A program made the translations under genes and the position numbers. From NCBI GenBank assembly GCA_020137815.1, contig CM035351.1, positions 8,680,001 to 8,744,000 of the forward strand: 64,000 nucleotides of DNA. The letters run 5' to 3'. This document shows, in pieces, positions 43,873-62,185 of this stretch. The stretch comes from Hormiphora californensis (taxonomy: Eukaryota > Animalia > Ctenophora). The notes below the pieces were generated by a model that saw only the letters and a program-made list of their open reading frames with translations, searched no databases and was not told the origin of the DNA. The first letter of the stretch is position 1. Each line of letters starts with the position of its first letter.

Positions 43873-44112
43873 GAAAACGTTACCTTGATCCAGACCAAGT
43901 CCAAGACTTGCTACCTTGTTCCAAAACATCTCAAGACTACCACAAAGGCAAAACGTTACCTTGTTCCAGACAAAACAAACTCAAGACACTCAAAGGCAAA
44001 TCGTTACCTTGTTCCAGACTAAACTAAACTCAAGACACTCTCAACGGCAAAACGTTACCCTGTTCCAGACTAAACTAAACTCAAGACACTCTCAAAGGCA
44101 AAACGTTACCTT
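43873..44112. repeat. ~50-bp minisatellite
   Basis: caaaacgttaccttgttccagactaaactaaactcaagacactc units, ~5 copies. Confidence 0.8.
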
Positions 44113-44328
44113 AGGAATTGATTTAGGCCAGGAGTAGTGTGATACCCCTGTCGACGTCGTGCGGCTCACGCCGCTCGGCGTCGCCAGTGGTTGACCACGG
44201 TCTTCCTGGAGCGTCTGAAGTAACATGCTCTGCATAAACTGATTGGTGGGTGGCCGTGGCCTTGCTACGGCGGAGTGGTGGACGTGCTGGGGCGCCTAAT
44301 AAGCGTGCTCGGTGCGGCCGCCGCTAAT

Positions 44329-45201
44329 GTCCATTTTTTTTCAACTGTTCACCCCCCAAAGTCGTGCGCGGAATTGTTTTGCGCGTTTATCACATGTTAA
44401 CGTGTAGCGCGCGCAGCGTAAATTAAAATATCGCACGCGCAAGAGTTGAGGGGTGAACAGTTGAATAAAAATGGACTTTAAAGTCGGATTTTTTGAAGTT
44501 GTCACCCCAAAATGACCGCGCATGTGAAATTTATCAATTTTGACGCGCACACCACACGTTAACATGTGATGTGACGCGCAAAAACATTCCGCGCACGAAA
44601 AGGGGGGTGACAACTTCAAAAAATCCGACTTTACTTTCGGGCAGGTCACTCGCCAGACGCAGCAAGTACAAACAAACAAACAAACCTAAAATAACAGGTG
44701 TGTGGCGCGCATTTTTTTGCGCGTACCACGCTAGTGTCTCCCACTACTGGCAATCTTAAGACTTGAACCCGAAAGCGTTGGAAAGATAATTTTAAGACCT
44801 TTCCAACGCAACCAAAATCAATTCTTTATCTAATCAGGAACCGGAGATATGAGCGAAAAGGTTTCTCGAATTGTCACGCGCAAATACAACGCCGCGCGAC
44901 TTCTTTGAATGCGCGGCGGCCTGTCGCTTAAATTAAAAATTCAACTTTACAGGTGCACGCTGCCAAAAAAGTTGATTCACTAAAATGGCTCTAACCGCCA
45001 AACCATTCAACCGTTTTGGCTGATTCAAAGTTTATATGGTAGGGAATGTCAAGGCCTAACCCCAACCCAAACCCCAACCCTAACCCTAACCCTACTTTAG
45101 CCCTAACCCTAAAAAACCGTTTGTCAGCACTCCCAAAACACCCAGATTTTAACGCTGCCCTAAAAAACCGTTTGTCAGCACTCACGAAACACCCAGATTT
45201 T
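44329..45201. mobile_element. Cluster of small fold-back modules related to 35985-36487
   Basis: Adjacent hairpin units at 44329-44477 and 44479-44634. Inverted copies of blocks from 36095-36180 and 36428-36478. Direct copy of the CCCTAA block at 45045-45119. Confidence 0.7.
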
Positions 45202-46034
45202 ATTGATTAGGATCGCCTCCGTGACTTTCGTCTGACTGGCGGGTCCAAGCAGTTGCCAATGTCAAAACTTCCTAAATCAGGGGGTTCTCCCATTGTGTTG
45301 GTTGGTTAGTGGTGGCTGCAAGTGCTTCGTTAGGGTAGATATTGGGCGATTTCGCTGCCATCTGTGCTATATTTTTCTTTCCATCTTTAAATTTATCCAT
45401 ATAAGTTAACTTTGTTAGGTCGAGTTTTGTTCTTCTCTCTGTCAGGCAGCCACAAGGATGAGAGATGCGAGAATAACAAAAACTCCTGACTATCAACATG
45501 AGGCTAATAAAACGTTTGAATGTACACTATCACCCAACTGTCTGGTTAACTACGGTGAGGGGTAGTTGGTGGGTGGTTGGTTTGTGTGGGTGTAACTTGG
45601 TAACTGGTACTTCAGGTATGTCGGCACTCATATAATAACACACGTGACTAGGGCTCTCTTTCTGTCGGTTTTTTCACCTATTCGCCTAGTTACTCGTCTG
45701 TTCTCCCTCCTCTATTATTAAGTTGGCTAGTAGTGGGTATGTTTTTTAGCAGTTTAGTGTTTTTTTTTTATGTGTTTTTAACCAGAGCTGAGTTACTATC
45801 TGACTCTTCCTAGGGCATTCACTCTTTATTTGGACCTGTCTCACATTTAGACGCTTCGGTGGTCCCTCAAGGGACATGATGTATCTTACTCTGACCTTGT
45901 TCTCGCCGGTGTCTCTCCTCGGAAGTACGACGCTTTGATATTTCCTCCTGAGAAAGAGATCTTTCCCCTACCCCACTGCCCATGCCAAAACTTCCTGGTC
46001 CTATGAGCTAACACCCTGTTCTACTACCACCATT

Positions 46035-46710
46035 ACGGTGGATGGGTTCAGTTGGAAGTGCACCACTTGTGGACGTACTGTGTCCTGGTACGGAAACACC
46101 AGCATCCGCGAAAGAAGTCCGATGCCTTCAGCAAGTTTATCGGCCTCCTGAACCAGTTCACAAACCCTGAAGAACATCACTGCTCTGCCATGCATCATAC
46201 CTTTCTCGATAGAGGCACGTCCTACAGACTTCTACTACAGATACGGAGGGCAGAAATGCACGATGAATGACCCTCTACTGCTGGGATGAGATCGGAGGAC
46301 TGGGAAGATTTGTTCAAATTGACGAGAGCAAGCCCAGCATGACACCAAAGTACAGCCGAGGCCGAATCGTGGTGACCTGGTCTTTGGAGGTGTCGACCAA
46401 GGACAGGAGAAGCATTTTTCGTGATCTGCCAGGAAACAAGAGAGACGAGGCACCCCTTACTTCCATCATCAAAAGCTACATCCGTCCGGTTCATAACATC
46501 TCTGACTGCTGGGCCGCTACAGAAACCTCAACCAGCACGGATACACACATCATACCGTGACCATTCCACAAACTTGTGTGCCCTACTCTGGAGGCGCAAA
46601 CCACGCATTGAGGACTCTGGACCACCTAAGAATCATACAACGTTTGCGGGTTGGGAGGAAATCGCTCTGAGAGGGACCTTACAAATGGATAGTACTGAAA
46701 AGCCTGGCTG
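46035..46710 (+). pseudogene. Decayed Merlin / IS1595 (ISXO2-like) DDE transposase
   Basis: DGFSWKCTTC zinc ribbon, GGLGRFVQIDES, KYSRGR, (W)VFGG and ISDCWA motifs are spread across shifted frames. Confidence 0.8.
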
Positions 46711-47559
46711 AAGAGCAAAGGAGTCACACTGTAATGATATGAGCCGTCTTTTTCTGAGTTCTTGCCTGGCCTCCTATATTACAGGACATGTGTGTGTGTT
46801 TAACTTTAATCACTGTATTTTTATTCTAATTACATAATTCTGTATTAAATCTGTTGTACATTGTTTTCACTATATATCCATATCAATCAGTTATAACACT
46901 GTACTTCAAATGATAGAACCTCGTCTCTTCCGTTTCAACGTAAGTTTGGAGCAGGCTTTCTGGAGTTCTCGCTCACAACATGTCCAAAATTCAGCAATTT
47001 TATAGTACCGTTTTCTTCTCATGTTTCCTGTTCAGTTTCTCGAAATTGTCTCTTTCTGAGACCTTGTAAAGCGAGCACATTGGCTTACTCTTCATGAAAA
47101 GGCTCTTCTTGACGTTGCTCCTTGACATGCTTCACGTAGGTTTGTTGATTCAAACTGTGTGTGATTGAGAAATATAGTATCAGAGGAGTGTTACATAACC
47201 ACCTGGTAAGTGAAAATTTAGTAGTATTGTTATGGCACCATACCTGTTTTATTGAATCGCACTTTTCAAATGCATTAACGAGTTTTCGTAGTCCCAGTTG
47301 GAGATGTTCATCAAGATTCAGAGGTAAGGAAGTATTTATGTTTCGGTTCGGCAATGAACCGGTACCATACCACTCAGGCGAATATACATCGTTTAGTGTT
47401 TTAGGTGTAAGCTAAATCATAATCAGGGTGACAAAACAGGAGACACTGGAAGATAGCTAAATGGTTGGGAGTTGTGGCGGTGCATAGTTAGTTTTGAAGT
47501 AGAAACGGTCTTGTATTTATATATCAGTATCAGGTATTCAAGTGCGTTATCGTGTGATA

Positions 47560-48295
47560 TTTATTACGTCATTGTCTAATAATTACCAGTTAGTAACTGT
47601 TACATGTAATGATTAGTTATGATATGTGACAGTGTGATCATATTATTACGCGGAGTGGGAGTGTCTATAATTACCAGTTAGTAACTGTTACAATGATTAG
47701 TATGGTGATAGGTTATGATATGTGACAGTGTGATCATATTATTACGCGGTGAGTGGTATTGTCTAATAATACAGTTAGTAACTGTTACAATGTAATGATA
47801 GGTAGTATATGTGACAGTGTGATCATATTATTACGCGGAGTGGTATTGTCTAATAATTACCAGTTAGTAACTGTTACAATGATTAGGTATGGTGATAGGT
47901 ATGATATGTGACGTGTGATCATATTATTACGCGGAGTGGGTATTGTCAATAATTACCAGTAGAACTGTTACAATGTATGATTAGGTATGATATGTGACAG
48001 TGTGATCATATTATTACGCGGAGTGGTATTGTTCTAATAATACCAGTTAGTAACTGTTACAATGATTAGGTATGGTGATAGGTATGACTTTGTGACAGTG
48101 TGATCATATTATATAGCGGAGTGGTATTGTCTAATAATTACAGTTAGTACTGTTACAATGATTAGGTATGGTACGTGACAGTGTGATCATATTATTACGC
48201 CGGAGGGTGTGTATTGTCTAATAATTACCAGTTAGTGACTGTTATGATTAGCTATGGTACGTGACAGTGTGATATTATTCGTGAAGTGGTATTGT
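47560..48295. repeat. ~90-bp AT-rich tandem satellite, ~8 copies
   Basis: gtgacagtgtgatcatattattacgcggagtggtattgtctaataattaccagttagtaactgttacaatg units. Confidence 0.9.
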
Positions 48296-48467
48296 TAACA
48301 TATAACCATGATTTTCAATGACCAGGTATTTAAATTGTTGCGTGATAGTATCCATTTTTATTACTTGCAGGAGTTGTACTTCTAAAACACATGGTTTGTT
48401 AAACTTAGATAATCTAATTCTATAAATTTACATATATATTCACAACACTCTACATCAATTCCCCGCT

Positions 48468-49287
48468 CACTCTCGCCTCTCGGACCCGTCGTGCAGTCTG
48501 GGGCTCTTCGGGATGTTTTGACATTCCTTTTGGTGAGTAGGATTGTGTGTTGCGTCCTCGTTGAGAAGATATCGATGAAGCTTGCGAGGCTCGATCAAAG
48601 CTGCCTCAGCAATCTGTTTTGTATCGTAGAATGCTCTCAGGTTGATGCCGGTCCGCGACAGAGCCTCTGTTGTGCTGGAATTGGTAGACCTCTGTTGGTT
48701 CCAGACAAGATTGTATCTGGTCAGTGCCTTCCCCGCGATGCTATTGGCCCCGAATGAAGACCCAGGCTGGGCAGAAACAGGTCCAGTAGGAGGGGGTCCA
48801 GCGGGAGGTCCGATGGGCGGGGCAGAGGGTCCGGGAGGTCCGATAGGCGGGGCAGGTGGTCCAGCAGGTCCAGCGGGGTCCGATGGGCGGGGCAGAGGGT
48901 CAGCTGGGGGTCCGATAGCGGGGCAGGTGGTCCAGAGGTCCAGCGGAGGTCCGATGGGCGGGCAGAGGGGTCCAGCGGGAGGTCCGATAGGCGGGGAGGT
49001 GGTCCAGCAGGTCCAGCGGGAGGTCCGATGGGCGGGGCAGAGGGTCCAGCGGGAGGTCCGGTAGGCGGGCAGGGGGTCAGCAGGTCCGGCATGGGTCCGT
49101 TAGGTGCAGCAGCGGGTACAGTAGGAGGTGTAGGTCCAGCCAGGGGGTCCGGTAGGAGTGACTGAGTGGGTAGCACAGGGTGTGCAGAGAGTACTGCAGG
49201 ATGACTGTCCCGTCGGTTTAAAGGTGAGGTTGTCCAGGAGGGTCTGTGGGCAGAGAGTGCATTCGCCGAAGGTAGAAGAAGACTCAT
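48468..49287 (-). CDS. Possible proline/glycine-rich repetitive protein (GPPAGPSAPPI repeats), frameshifted
   Basis: ATG at 49287, GC-rich repeat at 48780-49080, then a stop-free unique frame (GANSIAGKALTRYNLVWNQQ...HDGSERRE*) after a frame change. No recognisable domain. Confidence 0.35.
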
Positions 49288-49999
49288 GATGTTGTTTGTA
49301 AAGGATTGGGATAATTATAGTTCACGCACATGGTTAATTTATAGTATAGAGTCACTAGGGATCGCCTCACCGTTTTAGCGTGTTCTATTGATGATGTGGT
49401 TATATGAGACGTGGGTATGCGAGACATGACTAGGACTGATCGTGGCAGGTCATATCGCCGATTAAGCAGATGCAGCCGATTAGCGATCGCTGGCCGATTA
49501 AGCAGATCCATGGCCGATTAAAGCAGATCACATGGCCGATTATGGCCGGAGAGAAAAAGAGAGAGAGAGGAGAGAGAGAGAGAGATAGGGTGAGAGAGGG
49601 GGAGAGAAGTAAGTAGAGTGATTGGAGATAGAGGTAGAGATAGAGATAAGAGTTGAGGTAGAGAAGGGTGGCGGCTCTGTCAGGGAGATGCAGAGCCCAC
49701 CCGAGGGCAGGCAAAAAGACGCGCCTAACTAAAGGCCAGACGAGCGCACATGCGACGACGAGCGAGAACTGACCCTAGCCGGGACGAGAGAGACTACGCA
49801 GACGATGCGCGGCGAGGTGAGACGTAAGACCGGCGGAATAAGAAGAGAGCAAAGCGAGCGAGTGAGACGGTCAAGATGGAGGAGAGAAGAGGAGGAGGGG
49901 AAGGAGGCAGGAGAGAGACAGGGAGAGAAAAGAGAGAGAGAGAGAGAGAGAGAGAAGAGAGAGAGAGATAAGACCACGAAGAGAGACGAGAGAAAGACG

Positions 50000-50038
<39 letters not shown>

Positions 50039-50124
50039 CCACCTTTTTTCGGGTTGTAGCCACAATATCAAATTTTTCTATCACTGCGTATTTACGGCAT
50101 TCTAGTTTGGTAGGAATTACCAAT

Positions 50125-50502
50125 GATTGCGTATTCGCTCTGCATTCGCTCTGCATTCGCTCTGCATTCATCTGTATTCAATGCGTATTCACCCTGTATT
50201 CACTCGTAAACAGTTCTGGTAGGATATCAAGATTGCGTATTCGCTCTGCATTCACTGCGTATTCACTCTGTATTATGCGTATTCATCTGTATTCACTGTA
50301 AACAGTTCTGGTAGGATATCCCCATGATTGCGTATCATGCGTATTCACTTGATTCACTGCGTATTACTCTGAACCACTCTGCATTCACTCTGCATTCACT
50401 CTGCATTCGCTCTGCATTCACTCTGCATTCACTCTGATTCACTCTGCATTCACTCTGATTCGCTCTGCATTCACTCTGCATTCGCTCTGTATTCACTGCG
50501 TA
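50125..50502. repeat. 11-bp tandem repeat (CTCTGCATTCA/G)
   Basis: Seen directly. Confidence 0.9.
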
Positions 50503-51350
50503 AACACTATCGATTTAAGGATATGGAGGATGCGGGTAGTACCTCCATTTCATCGTCCCTTTTTTTTGTGTCCTCCCTTTTTTATTCCATTTTCTCCCCG
50601 TGCCAACATTTCATTGTCCCTGATGACAGATAGTGTTCAGCTCATATCTGGCAGGCCAATGCTCTGACCACAGTTCTCGCACGCTCCTTATTTGAGAGAA
50701 ACGAGAATGGGTCAGGCCAATGCTCTGACAGGCTCATATAGTCTACTTACCATTTCATTGAGTCGCCTGACACTGCGCTAAAGTATGAACAGTTCAACCA
50801 TTTCAGGAGGATCCTCAGTTTGAGAAGGGATATCCTTCAAATGTGGAGTACCGCTCATTCCTTGATCCACCTACAAAACACGGGAGAAAGAAATTAGAAG
50901 TCGCTCTGGGAATGCCAGCTGAAGCAATGAACTAGTGCAGAGCTATGTGACTGATATGGGATATTAAAAACAGACGAATAGTGAAAAAATATATTCTGGC
51001 ATGTTCTTTTTTGAACTGTGGTTGCTCAAAGCTCAATAGTTTGGTGATTTAATGATTCATCTATGTGTACGTGTGCTTCTGTAAGGGAAATATTGTCTAG
51101 CTGCAGAGTCTGTGTCGTGATAGAAGTATTATATTATCGACCCCCTTCCCCCACTATATGATTATTATGACACATGGTTATCACGGGTGGGGATCTTTCT
51201 AGCTCATTCTATCCACCCCCCCCCTTCACTATTATATCCATCACTCCATCTTCTCTCTCTTAGTCTACCTCTTTATCACTCTCTCTCCATACAACAATAC
51301 ACATATAATCACTCCGACCCTCCATTTCTCACACCTGCTGGATCACCACC

Positions 51351-52369
51351 ATGTTGTCTGCGGATCAGCTCGCCTGTCTGGCCACCAACACCACTATAGT
51401 GGATGAACTACCCCGAATGTCCCCCTGGCTCCTCCTTCTTGCCAGCGCCCACGCCCTACTTGGCATGGAAGCGGTTATTGCCAATTGGACCGTGTTCAGC
51501 TTCTACTCCTCCAAAGCGAAGCATCTTGTCCCGTACATGTACCTAGTGATGTCTGGTTGTGACATATAGTTACCGGGGTAACGGCACTCCTGAATGCCAC
51601 CATCTTTGTATCCTTGGTTCTGATGAAGGACATCACAATGGATCGGTTACCGAGTGTCATTGTCATCCTCAGTGCCATCCACTGCTGTCTCATCATGATG
51701 ACAGCAAGGGTATCCGTTGCCTATAACATCCTCCTGGCAGTGGTTAGAACCAGAGCTCTGGCGTTTCCCTTTTCCCGGCAACCCATGTGGCTTCTAGTGG
51801 TGCTCACCCTGGTAGTCCCAGTGGGTCTCTCGCCCCTAATCGGCCTCCAAGTCAACTACTTCCTGGTTAATGCCCAATACAGTCTGCTCCTGTTCACTCC
51901 CTACCTAGGTGCAAAATGGCTAGGATTTATTGGACTGCAACTCAATATTCTGATCCCGTTTGTACTTCCCAGCATTGTCGCCCTGATCTGCCTTGGAGTA
52001 CAGTCGTGGACTTTGGTAAAAAGTCGTAGAGCAGTTAGGGCACATGGTACTGATAATCAGCGAGAGATAACGAAGACTATCGTCCTGCTTACTCTCCTCT
52101 TCTTTATTTGCAACACCACTTTTGCAGTGAGTTTCTATGTTGATACCTTCACCTTCTTCGTGACTTGTCTCCCGCCACATCTGAGGCTCATTTTGGGCGT
52201 CTTCTTCACCGGCACGCTCTCCATTCTAAACGCAGCGATAAACCCGGTCATTCTGGTGGTCAGAGGCACGAAATTACGGGAGTTTGCTTTTGGTCGAGGA
52301 GGAGGAAGCGGCCGAGGACTTCATAGAATGTTAACTCCAACTCGCTCACAAAGTTATACAAGTTGTTAA
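51351..52369 (+). CDS. Intronless class A orphan GPCR with one frameshift near 51567
   Basis: TM1 AVIAN, TM2 MSGCD, TM3 LAVVRT, TM5 PFVLP, TM6 LFFICN, TM7 AAINPVIL. The two ORFs join across gacatatagttacc. Confidence 0.85.
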
Positions 52370-53054
52370 ATCCCAAATGGTTGATTTGATGTGTGAGTGT
52401 GGGTAAAATATTATGTTACGTATGAATCATGTTTTATCTCCAAAGATGATAATTATAATGCAATACATGTGTTTTTCATCGACTTGCCCAAAATTCATTG
52501 AAATAATGACTAGTTCCATCGTTCAATGAATGGTGAACCGTCACTATTTAACAACAACGTGCCACTGGAATTATATTAGTCAGCTGTCAGATGATTTTTC
52601 TTTAGGGGACGGAAACAAAACTCAAAGGGAACTGATGCACATGCCAAGAAACTGCTTTTATCGTATATTTTAGCTTGATAGGCCAAATATTCGCTGTCCT
52701 CAGGTGCAGTGTGCACAAAATCGAAGAAAAATTTCAAAATCGAAGAAAAATCGGAAAAAAAATGAAAGTTTGAAAAGACTCATATCAGTCCAACTATTAT
52801 TCGACGTTACACGCGATGAAAGTACCAAGTGCGCTGCGGATTGGCCTACGCGCGTGAAGAGAAGCACGCGAGAGAGAGAGAGAGAGCGAGATTCTTATAT
52901 CTTCTATATCTCTCATCTATCTATCTCTCTCCCTCTCTTCTCTAGCTATACTCTCTTCTCTCTCTCTATATCTCTCTATATAGACTTATATCTCTCTCTT
53001 TCGCTCTCTCTCCTCTCTCTCTCTCTCATATCTCTCTCTATCCTGTCTATCTCT

Positions 53055-53088
<34 letters not shown>

Positions 53089-53559
53089 TCTCTCCTCTAT
53101 TAATCATAGTGTATTCTCTATGTCTATCGTTCTTTCTCTCTATTCACTCTCTCTCTATCTCCCCCTAATATAGCATCTTACGTCTCACTATGGGTAGCCG
53201 TTGTTTGCACACGAAAAGACTGTTATCACAAACACTCTCTACTCCCACAAATGCGTTTCAAACTTTCTCCCCTGCGATATCCCTACCTCTCTTCAACTCT
53301 CTCTCCAACTCTCTCTCTTTTTTCGCTCTTTCTCTATCTCACTCTCTCTCTTTCTTACTCTACCCCCTCTCTCTCTCCCTCTCTTGAACTGAAAACTCTA
53401 CCCCTCTCTCGCTCTCAACTCTCTATTGCTATCGCTCTCTCTTTCTACCCCCTCTATCTCTCCATCCCTCTCTCTCCTCCGGTTTCATCGTCACGCAGAC
53501 ATAGCGTCTGGCAGCTCATATAGTTTCTCACGGCCTCCCCGCCATCACATGACCCCCTC

Positions 53560-53606
53560 ATCCAATCAGGACTGACCATTGATCGTCACGTGACTGCCAC
53601 GTGGCA
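53560..53606. promoter_or_regulatory. CCAAT box and two palindromic E-boxes upstream of the TGF-beta gene
   Basis: CCAATCAG, GTCACGTGAC and GCCACGTGGC lie within ~110 bp of ATG 53669. Confidence 0.35.
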
Positions 53607-53668
53607 CCCACCGGCGCCTCCATGTCTGGTCAGATTTTGATCTCGCTCGAAACTATAACACCATCGCT

Positions 53669-58208
<4,540 letters not shown>

Positions 58209-59011
58209 GAGAGTGACGGTTGTTTGACGACATATGTAGCAGATGTAGGGATCTTGAGATCAGAGACAGATTCTTCTTTGACTTTTATATCAGAGACAGT
58301 AGAGGGTAAAGATCAGAGACAGTAAATCGAGTAAAGATCAGAGACAGTGAATCAAGTAAAGATATCAAGTCTGCACCGCAGATGAGAGCTTTGTCACAAA
58401 GTTTGTGGGACAAGCGTGCAGGACACGATTTCAAAGAGTTGTTTGTGGAACGCGCAGTAGCATCAAACTGGGGTTCTGCGCGCAACCGTGGGAAAATCAG
58501 AGAAATTGCATCGAACAGCTGTGAACATCATCAATTTCGCCGATATCTATCCAGGACCTTGCCAATTGATATGGGCGTATTTCCGGTGCTTATCAATTAT
58601 TGTTGCTACAAAGTAAATAAACTTGTATAACAAAGTTAACGAAAATGTTCAATAAACTGTACATTAAAGTGTGCTTCAAGGGATGCCAACTTATCGTGGA
58701 GTTAAATTGAAATATTACTCCCTCTCTTCGATATTAAAGTATGAAAACTACTGAACTGAAGACAGTAGTTAGTGTAAACATGCGATACATCTACTCGATA
58801 TACAAATACATTATCCATTTCCAATATATCCGTGTCTTTACATTTTTACTCGCACAGCAACATAAAAGAACCTAAAATCCATCAAATTACCGCTCAATAA
58901 GCGCCTGAAATATGTTTTCCCAAAAAACAATATGACTGTTACATCTGTCTACAGAGTAAAAAGAAATTAAAATCCTTCACTAATAATAATAACACCCAAT
59001 AGTTTGACCAA

Positions 59012-61668
59012 TTAAAAAGGTGACCACCCTGTCATAGTACTATCATAATTAAATAGAGTCAACATTCTCTGACACTGTGATTCCACTAGTTTAGCGTGTT
59101 CAGGCTTCATCACCTTCTTCCATGCATTCACTACTTCTGCTGTGTTTCGAATCACCTGGGGAGAAAACATGTGAGGAGTTAAGAATTAAGGGAGGTGTTG
59201 TTTTGTTCAAACCCTTTTCATTGTAGGACAGGGTCGAGAAAGACAAGGGAGGTACCTTAATGGTTAACCTAGGTGTATGATAAATTTTAGTTAACGCTTT
59301 AGAGAAATAAAGAAAGGAGCACATTTTACCCACCTCATATGATCCCTCTACAACAGTACCACTGCTGCTGGTCCTAATGTATTCCCGTATTTCATCTGTC
59401 ATCTGCAGACCCACCCACTCATACAACTGCTCAACAACATCCAGAGGGTCGGCTGCCAGCTGAAATAGAATGGAGATCAGACAAAGGTTATTTTTTACAA
59501 TTCGATATTAGGGAAACAAGAGAGATAAAATGTATCCCCGGTGCTATGATGTATAACTATACATGGTGGTGGTATAATACTCACATCTTCATATTTGACG
59601 ACCCGGTAGCGTCCATCAAAGAAAGGTGATAAGCCCACCCTGGCACTCAACACGAAACTCTCACACAACTGCCGGGATACATTCAGTATCTCCTCGTCTT
59701 TGAAGGAGGCCGTCTTTTCCACCGTGTTACCCGTTTTTAGATCTCCAAACGTGCTCTGGGCGGGAGACACATGTTTTATAATAGAAAGGGGGAGGGGGTC
59801 AAATGGGGAGGTGCTGGAAAGTTGTATTCTCTGTACAACAGCTAAATTAGAAACGATTGAAATGCAATTATTTGTGTTTAACAACTAACTTACCATTCGT
59901 GATTGTATAATGGGTCGTGGGTCTCGGACCAGATGAATGATTTTGAAATTTTTACACCCCAGATCCTCCAGTTGAGCCAGTTGGGAGAGGTCGTACAATC
60001 GGATAACTTTAGCTGTAATTAACTTGACATTTCTACACCACTCCTCCGCATGTTCTGAGAGATGACAAACACAATTAATTATTTTTAATGTAACTAAAGA
60101 GATTGGCTTGCCCCTAGTGAGATCTAGATTCAAACAAGATTTCACTGGCCTAAATTATGTAGTCAGAGGATATGATCACGAGAACTGTATGAATTGCGAG
60201 ATCTGAACCGAACAACATGTCACTTAGACTTACTCAAATCCTCAGGAGGTTTATGTTTCAGTGCATACTTCAGGGCTCCATCTGCCTTCCTATAAGCAGG
60301 TAACACCTTTCCCTCCTTATCCAGGTACCCCTGCATCTTCTGGATACTCTTACTCCAGGAGGGGATGGCTCCCATAGAGGGGTACCGGACACCCTTGAAC
60401 TGGCACTGACACTCATTAGCCAGCACTTCCACCTTTACATTCACCCAATCTGCCCGGGATAGCTTCCCTACACTCTCCCATACCTTCTCGTCCTGGGTGG
60501 GAGTAAAGAGGAATGATATCGAGAATAGGTGACAATGGTACAAAGGAGTAAAGAGGAATGATATCGAGAATAGGTGACAATGGTACAAAGGAATAAAGAG
60601 GAATGATATCGAGAATAGGTGACAATGGTACAAAGGAGTAAAGAGGAATGATATCGAGAATAGGTGACAATGGTACAAAGGAGTAATAAGGAATGAGATT
60701 AAAATACTGATAGGAATAATATTCATGTTCTAGCTCATTGGGCTGAGTCATATTTGAAAGTGTAAAAGAGGGAGTTGGAGAATAGTGCTTTAAAACCATG
60801 ATGTGATAAAAGTGGCGTATTTTGTGCACCTGATGTGAATCTTCTTCCATGAGGCGCGAGTTCTACAGTGTGCCACTGAGGGTGAACAGATCTTGTAAAA
60901 ATTTAACATGTATTGACTGTGATCGCCGATAGTATCGGGGAATAAAAAAGTGGAATTTAACGTCTGTTTACCAAACGTGACCAATACCTCGCGAGACACC
61001 CTAAAAAAGTGTCCCGCTAGGCCTACTAATCCCCCTACTAATATATTATCTAGTGTCTCGTTACCTTTTTAAAAGCCCTCTCATCGAGAGGTTCAAAGAA
61101 ATCAAGGACCTCTACATTCTCCGTAAAGAAGCTCTCCAACCAGGTGCTACCAGATCTGGCGGCAGCCAATATCACCACAAAGGGGACTGTCTGGTTGGAC
61201 GTGCCTGGCTTTCGTATATGCTGAAGAGAGGAAACAGAGGTTAACAAGATCCTAAACAACTCAATCGCAAATACAAGATTCAAGCTGTTGGAGTTGGTTC
61301 TATCTACGAATCCAGCTATGATTAGAGGTTAGATAGATCTTGAGTAATACCTTTTGACAGGGTTTTGAAGGTGGTGCCATGAGTATAAACAGAACACAAA
61401 CACATGCTGTCACAGGGAATATCCACCACACTGAAAACCTCATGGCTCAGTCTATAATTGGTCAGGTTAATTGGGCCATAGCATGACTGTAATTGGAGTT
61501 GTTTGTTAATTGGTATCATGAGGGAGGGGGTCAATATGCACAGTTTCAAACACGTTATGATTCTAAAAAGGGTACAGTTATCAAACTGAAACATAAATAG
61601 GACAAAAATAAATAATAAACTCGCAATTGTCATCACTCTCAAAAACTATAGTGAACACAACAAGCATG
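59012..61668 (-). CDS. Golgi carbohydrate sulfotransferase (CHST1/3/4/5/6-like); 5' exons approximate
   Basis: 5'-PSB motif VILAAARSGSTW...FFEPL, 3'-PB motif KIIHLVRDPRPIIQSR, then VVKYEDLAADP...LYEWVGL and AWKK. Hydrophobic N-terminal segment near 61580-61660. Some junction phases are unresolved. Confidence 0.88.
60500..60697. repeat. 45-bp intronic minisatellite, ~4 copies
   Basis: ggagtaaagaggaatgatatcgagaataggtgacaatggtacaaa units. Confidence 0.9.
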
Positions 61669-61955
61669 TACGGGCGTCGGGCGGCCAATATGACGGAGGA
61701 TCACTTCTTGATTTACTTTCTACTCTAGAGCACAGTGTACTAAGTGAAGTAAATCTATGTTAAAAAACAAGAAGCGTGTAGACCTTTACCAAGAATGGGG
61801 CATGTACATAACAAAAGACGTTTGTGTGTAACAGGTAGTTGAGTAGCTAAATACAATTCAAGAGATATAAGTAGCTTCAGAACGATCAAGAGATGTTGGC
61901 GTGATGATGGCACTATAGGAAAATAGAGAGCGAGACACATAGGTAGGGGAAAAAA

Positions 61956-62037
<82 letters not shown>

Positions 62038-62185
62038 AAGAAACGACTTTAGAAGCAGGAAACGGTCCCATGTGATGAGCTTTCTCTGACATAGTTTGTA
62101 CAAATAGGTTGCTCTATCTCTCTCTCTCACACTCTCTCTCTCACTCTCTCTCTCACTCCCTCTCTCTCTCCCCCTCTCTCTCTTC

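Noticed and set aside
47560-48295. CRISPR-like array
   Set aside because: Whole units repeat with no unique spacers, the context is eukaryotic and there are no cas genes.
48642-49064. Gly-rich plus-strand ORF as a collagen or silk gene
   Set aside because: No sustained Gly-X-Y register or signal peptide. It is the antisense of the Pro-rich repeat.
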